Positions 60,432 through 64,000 of a stretch of 64,000 bases of DNA are shown piece after piece; position 1 is the stretch's first letter; each line of letters opens with the position of its first letter. The DNA is from Bacteroidales bacterium (lineage in GTDB: Bacteria > Bacteroidota > Bacteroidia > Bacteroidales > NBLH01). The stretch covers positions 13,244-77,243 of the forward strand of contig JAFGWC010000069.1 of assembly GCA_016937695.1 (NCBI GenBank), in the 5' to 3' direction. The translations under genes and the position numbers were made by a program. The notes below the pieces were generated by a model. That model was not told the origin of the DNA. It worked only from the letters and a program-made list of their open reading frames with translations, and ran no database searches.

Positions 60432-61921
60432 TAGCAGATCCTATTTATTACATAGTTCTTCCCTTGTTAACAGCTTTTTTGTTACCTCTTTTTGGGAAAT
60501 TATATAAACCTTTAATTGGTATAATCCCTGGCTTTGTTTTTCTTTTCTTAGCTTATATGTCAGTAATTCTAATGATTGATATTAGGCCGGATAATCCAAT
60601 TATTACAAAAATAGCAGGATGGACTCCGCCTTTTGGAATTAATTTGGTTTTTAGCTCTTTTAGCGGATTTATAGCATCTCTAATTAGTATAATGGGATTT
60701 TTAATTTGGGCATATAGCTATAAATTTAAAAAAGTTGGTTTTGACGATTCTCTAAAATATTTCATTTTGTTATTGCTTGTAGTTACTGGTTCTATTGGAA
60801 TAGTTTTAACAGGTGATATTTTTAATTTATTTGTATTTCTTGAAATTACTGGTATTTCTGCTTATGCTTTAACAGCGCTTTATAGAGGAAGAGATGGAGC
60901 TGAAGCTGCATTTAAATTTCTTTTAATTGGTGCGTTTGCTTCGTCGATGATTTTATTGGCTATAATTCTGCTTTATACACAAGTAGGAACTTTAAATATG
61001 GCAGAAATTTCTGTAAGAATGCATGAAGTTGATTTAAAAATCAAAGTTTTGATTTTTATTCTCTTTTTTGTTGGTTTTGGTATTGAAGCTGAAATGTTTC
61101 CTTTAAATGGTTGGGTTCCTGATGCTTACTCTCAAGCTCCAGGTCCAATTGCGGCTGTTTTTGCAGGCATGGTAGCTAAAGCTGGAATATATGCTCTTGT
61201 TCGAATTATATATTTAATGTTTGATCTTGAAGGAGCCTTTCACTTATTACTAATAATGGGAGTAATTACCATGATTATTGCCGAAGTTGTTGCTTTAAGA
61301 CAAGAAGCTTTGAGACGTATGCTTGCATATTCAAGTATCGGGCAAATGGGCTTGATAATGATTGCATTTAGTTTTAATACAGAACAAGGTGTTTTTGCTG
61401 CAATATTTTTGATGTTTAATCATGCTATAATTAAATCATTATTGTTTTTAACTACTAGCTTTTTAGTATATAATACAAAAACAAAATTAATTTCAGATTT
61501 AGATGGTTTTGGTAAAAAAATGCCACTTGTTTCTTTGCTTTTTGGATTAGGAGCATTTGCTATCGTTGGCTTACCACCATTTTCAGGTTTTTGGAGTAAA
61601 TTATACGTATTAATTGCTGCTGCAAATCAACATATGGAAGTTATTATTGCTTTAATTCTTTCTGTTAGTGTTGTAGAAATTATTTACTATTTTAAAGTAA
61701 TCAGTAGATTGTATTTCAGAAAAGCAAGCGAAGAAATACCAATTCAAAAACCATCATTAAACAGCTCAATTGTTATGATAGTTCTAGGTTTGATTATTAT
61801 TAGCGTTGGTGTTTATCCTGATTTAATTACTGGCCTAATTGAGAATGCAACAACTTCATTATTGAATAAGGATTTATATATAGAGAAAATATTACCTGGT
61901 TTAGCAGAAATTATTAATTAA
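60425..61921 (+). CDS. proton-conducting antiporter-like subunit (MrpD/NuoM-N family; MbxH equivalent)
   Basis: 498 aa. Family motifs are present: FLEITGISAY, WVPDAYSQAPGPIAAVFAGMVAKAGIYA and AYSSIGQMG. It overlaps the previous gene by 7 nt. Confidence 0.85.
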   Translation: MVIADPIYYIVLPLLTAFLLPLFGKLYKPLIGIIPGFVFLFLAYMSVILMIDIRPDNPIITKIAGWTPPFGINLVFSSFSGFIASLISIMGFLIWAYSYKFKKVGFDDSLKYFILLLLVVTGSIGIVLTGDIFNLFVFLEITGISAYALTALYRGRDGAEAAFKFLLIGAFASSMILLAIILLYTQVGTLNMAEISVRMHEVDLKIKVLIFILFFVGFGIEAEMFPLNGWVPDAYSQAPGPIAAVFAGMVAKAGIYALVRIIYLMFDLEGAFHLLLIMGVITMIIAEVVALRQEALRRMLAYSSIGQMGLIMIAFSFNTEQGVFAAIFLMFNHAIIKSLLFLTTSFLVYNTKTKLISDLDGFGKKMPLVSLLFGLGAFAIVGLPPFSGFWSKLYVLIAAANQHMEVIIALILSVSVVEIIYYFKVISRLYFRKASEEIPIQKPSLNSSIVMIVLGLIIISVGVYPDLITGLIENATTSLLNKDLYIEKILPGLAEIIN

Positions 61922-61945
61922 CAAAATATCTAATTTATTTAGAAA

Positions 61946-63790
61946 ATGATGAATAGCTTGTTTTTACTTTTATTTATATTATTTGGTTCAGCGATACTTT
62001 CATATATCGGACATCGTATTTCCGAAACTTTAGGTAATATTATTGTGGTTGTTGGAGCTTTTTCCGCGTCTATCTGGTTTTTTGTAGGCTTCGAAACACC
62101 TGCCGAATTTTCATATAAAATTGCTGATTTTGATGCTTTGTGGAGTTTTTCATCTTATAGCTGGATATTTGCAGCATTAGTATCAATATTGTCACCATTA
62201 GCATTATTATATTCTACATCATATATGAAAGGAAAAGAAAGATTAGGAACTTTCTATTTTAATTTTTTCCTTAGTATACTTGGAATGATTGGAATAACAA
62301 TGAGCCAAGATTTTATTTCTCTTTTTATTTTCTGGGAAATAATGACATGGTCATCTTATCTTATTGTTATTTATCTTGGTAAAGATGTAGAAAAAGTAGG
62401 TATAAAATATATGATATTTAGTGCAATAGGAGCATATGCATTACTTATGGGTATTGTTCTTATAAACAGAGAAGTAGGTAGCCTTTTAATAGAAGATGCA
62501 TTTGCTTATTTCCCTCAAATTCAATTCTCAACTCAATTACTTATAGGCATATTACTTTTAATAGGGTTTTCTATAAAAAGTGCAATGATGCCATTACACG
62601 TTTGGGCTCCAGGTGCTTATTCAAATTCACCAATGTCATATACTGCTGTTTTTTCAGGCGCTTTATCTAAAATGGGCATTTATGGATTAGGGCTTGTATT
62701 TATAAGACTTTTAAGTTCTGGTGAATTTACTTTAATAAATGAAATTTTTGCATGGGCTGGTGCGATAACTACTTTAATGGCTACTTTTTATGCTATTATT
62801 CAAGATGATGCGAAAAAACTTCTTGCATATTCATCAATCGGACAATTAGGATATATTATTGTTGGGGTTGCAATTGGTACTGAATTGTCAATTATGGCTG
62901 CGATTTATTTGGCTATTCTTCATGCTGCTTTTAAAGGAAACCTTTTCATGGCAATTGGTGCTGTTGAAAAACAAACAGGATCAACTGACATGACTTTAGT
63001 TACTGGACTTATAAGGAAAATGCCACTAACATTTTTCTCTACACTTGTATCTATAATTGCCTTAGCTGCTGTTCCTCCTTTAGGCGGATTTGTTGGAAAA
63101 TGGATGTTGTATCAATCGTTATTGGCTTCAGAACATTTTTTTTTAATTATTGTTATTTTTACAGCAAGCACGGCAGCATTTTTATATTCTTTCAAAATTC
63201 TTTATTCACTATTTCTTGGCCAAGAAGAGCCTGAATTTAAAAATATTAAAGAAGCTCCACTTCCAATGTTAATTCCTATGATTTTGTTATCATTATTTTT
63301 AATTGTAACAGGAACATTCCCGGGTATTTTATTCGAACCAATTGCTAATGGAATGAAATATTTAGGTTTTAATGATGTAAATTGGAATATGTCATTATTA
63401 GTTAATGCTTGGGGCGATGAAGTTAATTTACAACATGTTTCAATGTATATTGGAACAATTTTTATAGTTGCATTTATTTTTATATCCTTAAAAAACAGAA
63501 AAAGAACTAGATATGTTACAACTAAAGATATAAGTACATCCGGTGAAATTCCACTTCCTCATGAAAATCTATCATTTAAACTTAATTTTTACAAACCTTT
63601 TGAAAGAGCTATAAGCCCTGTAATGAAAAAAACAATGGACTCAATTTATGATGAAATTGGTAATGGCTTAAATGCATTATTTCAGTTTATTAGATATATT
63701 TATTCTGGAAACGGACAAGGTTATGCATTATATGTTATAATATTTTTTGTTCTATTATTATTACTTAAAAATCAAATTTTCGGATTGTAA
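61946..63790 (+). CDS. second proton-conducting antiporter-like subunit (MrpD/NuoL-M family with C-terminal extension; MbxH' equivalent)
   Basis: 614 aa with FWEIMTWSSY, HVWAPGAYSNSPMSYTAVFSGALSKMGIYG and AYSSIGQLGY. Confidence 0.8.
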   Translation: MMNSLFLLLFILFGSAILSYIGHRISETLGNIIVVVGAFSASIWFFVGFETPAEFSYKIADFDALWSFSSYSWIFAALVSILSPLALLYSTSYMKGKERLGTFYFNFFLSILGMIGITMSQDFISLFIFWEIMTWSSYLIVIYLGKDVEKVGIKYMIFSAIGAYALLMGIVLINREVGSLLIEDAFAYFPQIQFSTQLLIGILLLIGFSIKSAMMPLHVWAPGAYSNSPMSYTAVFSGALSKMGIYGLGLVFIRLLSSGEFTLINEIFAWAGAITTLMATFYAIIQDDAKKLLAYSSIGQLGYIIVGVAIGTELSIMAAIYLAILHAAFKGNLFMAIGAVEKQTGSTDMTLVTGLIRKMPLTFFSTLVSIIALAAVPPLGGFVGKWMLYQSLLASEHFFLIIVIFTASTAAFLYSFKILYSLFLGQEEPEFKNIKEAPLPMLIPMILLSLFLIVTGTFPGILFEPIANGMKYLGFNDVNWNMSLLVNAWGDEVNLQHVSMYIGTIFIVAFIFISLKNRKRTRYVTTKDISTSGEIPLPHENLSFKLNFYKPFERAISPVMKKTMDSIYDEIGNGLNALFQFIRYIYSGNGQGYALYVIIFFVLLLLLKNQIFGL

Positions 63791-63839
63791 ATTTGATGAT
63801 TTTAAAAAGAATTTCGATTAAAAGAAAAACATATATCAA

Positions 63840-64000
63840 ATGAATTGGTCTCTTATATTAGGAATAACAATAACCATAATAACAGCATTCACAGTCGGAA
63901 TGTTTTATGGAGGTATTAGTAGAAAAGTTACAGCTCGAATTCAGAATAGAGTAGGGCCGCCTATTTGGCAAAATTTTTTAGATGTTCTAAAATTATATAG
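63840..64000 (+). CDS. NuoH / HycD / MbhM-like membrane subunit, N-terminal fragment (runs off the right edge)
   Basis: Manual translation from the ATG at 63840 gives MNWSLILGITITIITAFTVGMFYGGISRKVTARIQNRVGPPIWQNFLDVLKLY. The RKxxARxQxRxGP...Q.F.D..KL signature belongs to the complex-I subunit-1 family. Confidence 0.7.
   Translation, partial: MNWSLILGITITIITAFTVGMFYGGISRKVTARIQNRVGPPIWQNFLDVLKLY

Overview
The window is a visibly AT-rich (about 30% G+C by eye), gene-dense stretch of bacterial chromosome with standard code 11 and no evident Shine-Dalgarno use. I assign it to a Bacteroidota-like organism because it carries type IX secretion and gliding genes (PorV, PorU, a PorP/SprF-family protein, GldJ) and several TAnnTTTG -7 promoter boxes. 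HydE, an NfnAB-like pair and a hydrogenase-related membrane complex suggest an anaerobic or facultative lifestyle.

Content from left to right:
- a thioredoxin-like fragment, a CoA-binding protein and ispF
- a T9SS/gliding block (porV, an antisense MFS gene, porU, porP/sprF-like, gldJ) followed by murF
- a MarR-headed beta-oxidation cluster (thioesterase, MarR, HCDH/ECH, thiolase, acyl-CoA dehydrogenase, DUF4442) plus a family-I-like lipase
- a PQQ-like propeller lipoprotein, an M23 peptidase and alaS
- a minus-strand run of recR, two tandem phasin-like genes, acyl-CoA synthetase, rhomboid, gmhB-like and a class IV aminotransferase
- recQ, then guaB with three periplasmic chaperone/PPIase genes, and a stand-alone hydE
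- envelope enzymes (M14 carboxypeptidase, DUF2807, a GH3/beta-lactamase fusion), then pyk and purC
- crcB-DUF190-eno, an alpha/beta hydrolase and ychF
- an NfnA-like/NfnB-like/DHOD-like trio, followed by a nine-gene Mrp-type membrane module that ends at the window edge in a NuoH/MbhM-like gene

I recognised no rRNA, tRNA, CRISPR array, transposase, integrase, phage or defence genes. This is mostly ordinary core genome.

The most interesting locus is the right-hand end (54.3-64 kb). Its Mrp-like gene order (A-B-C-D-F-G-H-H'-M) matches the archaeal Mbx/MBS respiratory operon rather than a plain Mrp antiporter. It sits directly downstream of an Nfn-like module and a catalytically degenerate DHOD-like gene. 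The catalytic subunits that would settle its identity lie beyond the window.

Lesser observations are a tandem phasin-like pair with a PhaF-like lysine-rich tail, a crcB-DUF190-eno cluster without a fluoride riboswitch, and a porU/porV pair split by an antisense MFS gene.
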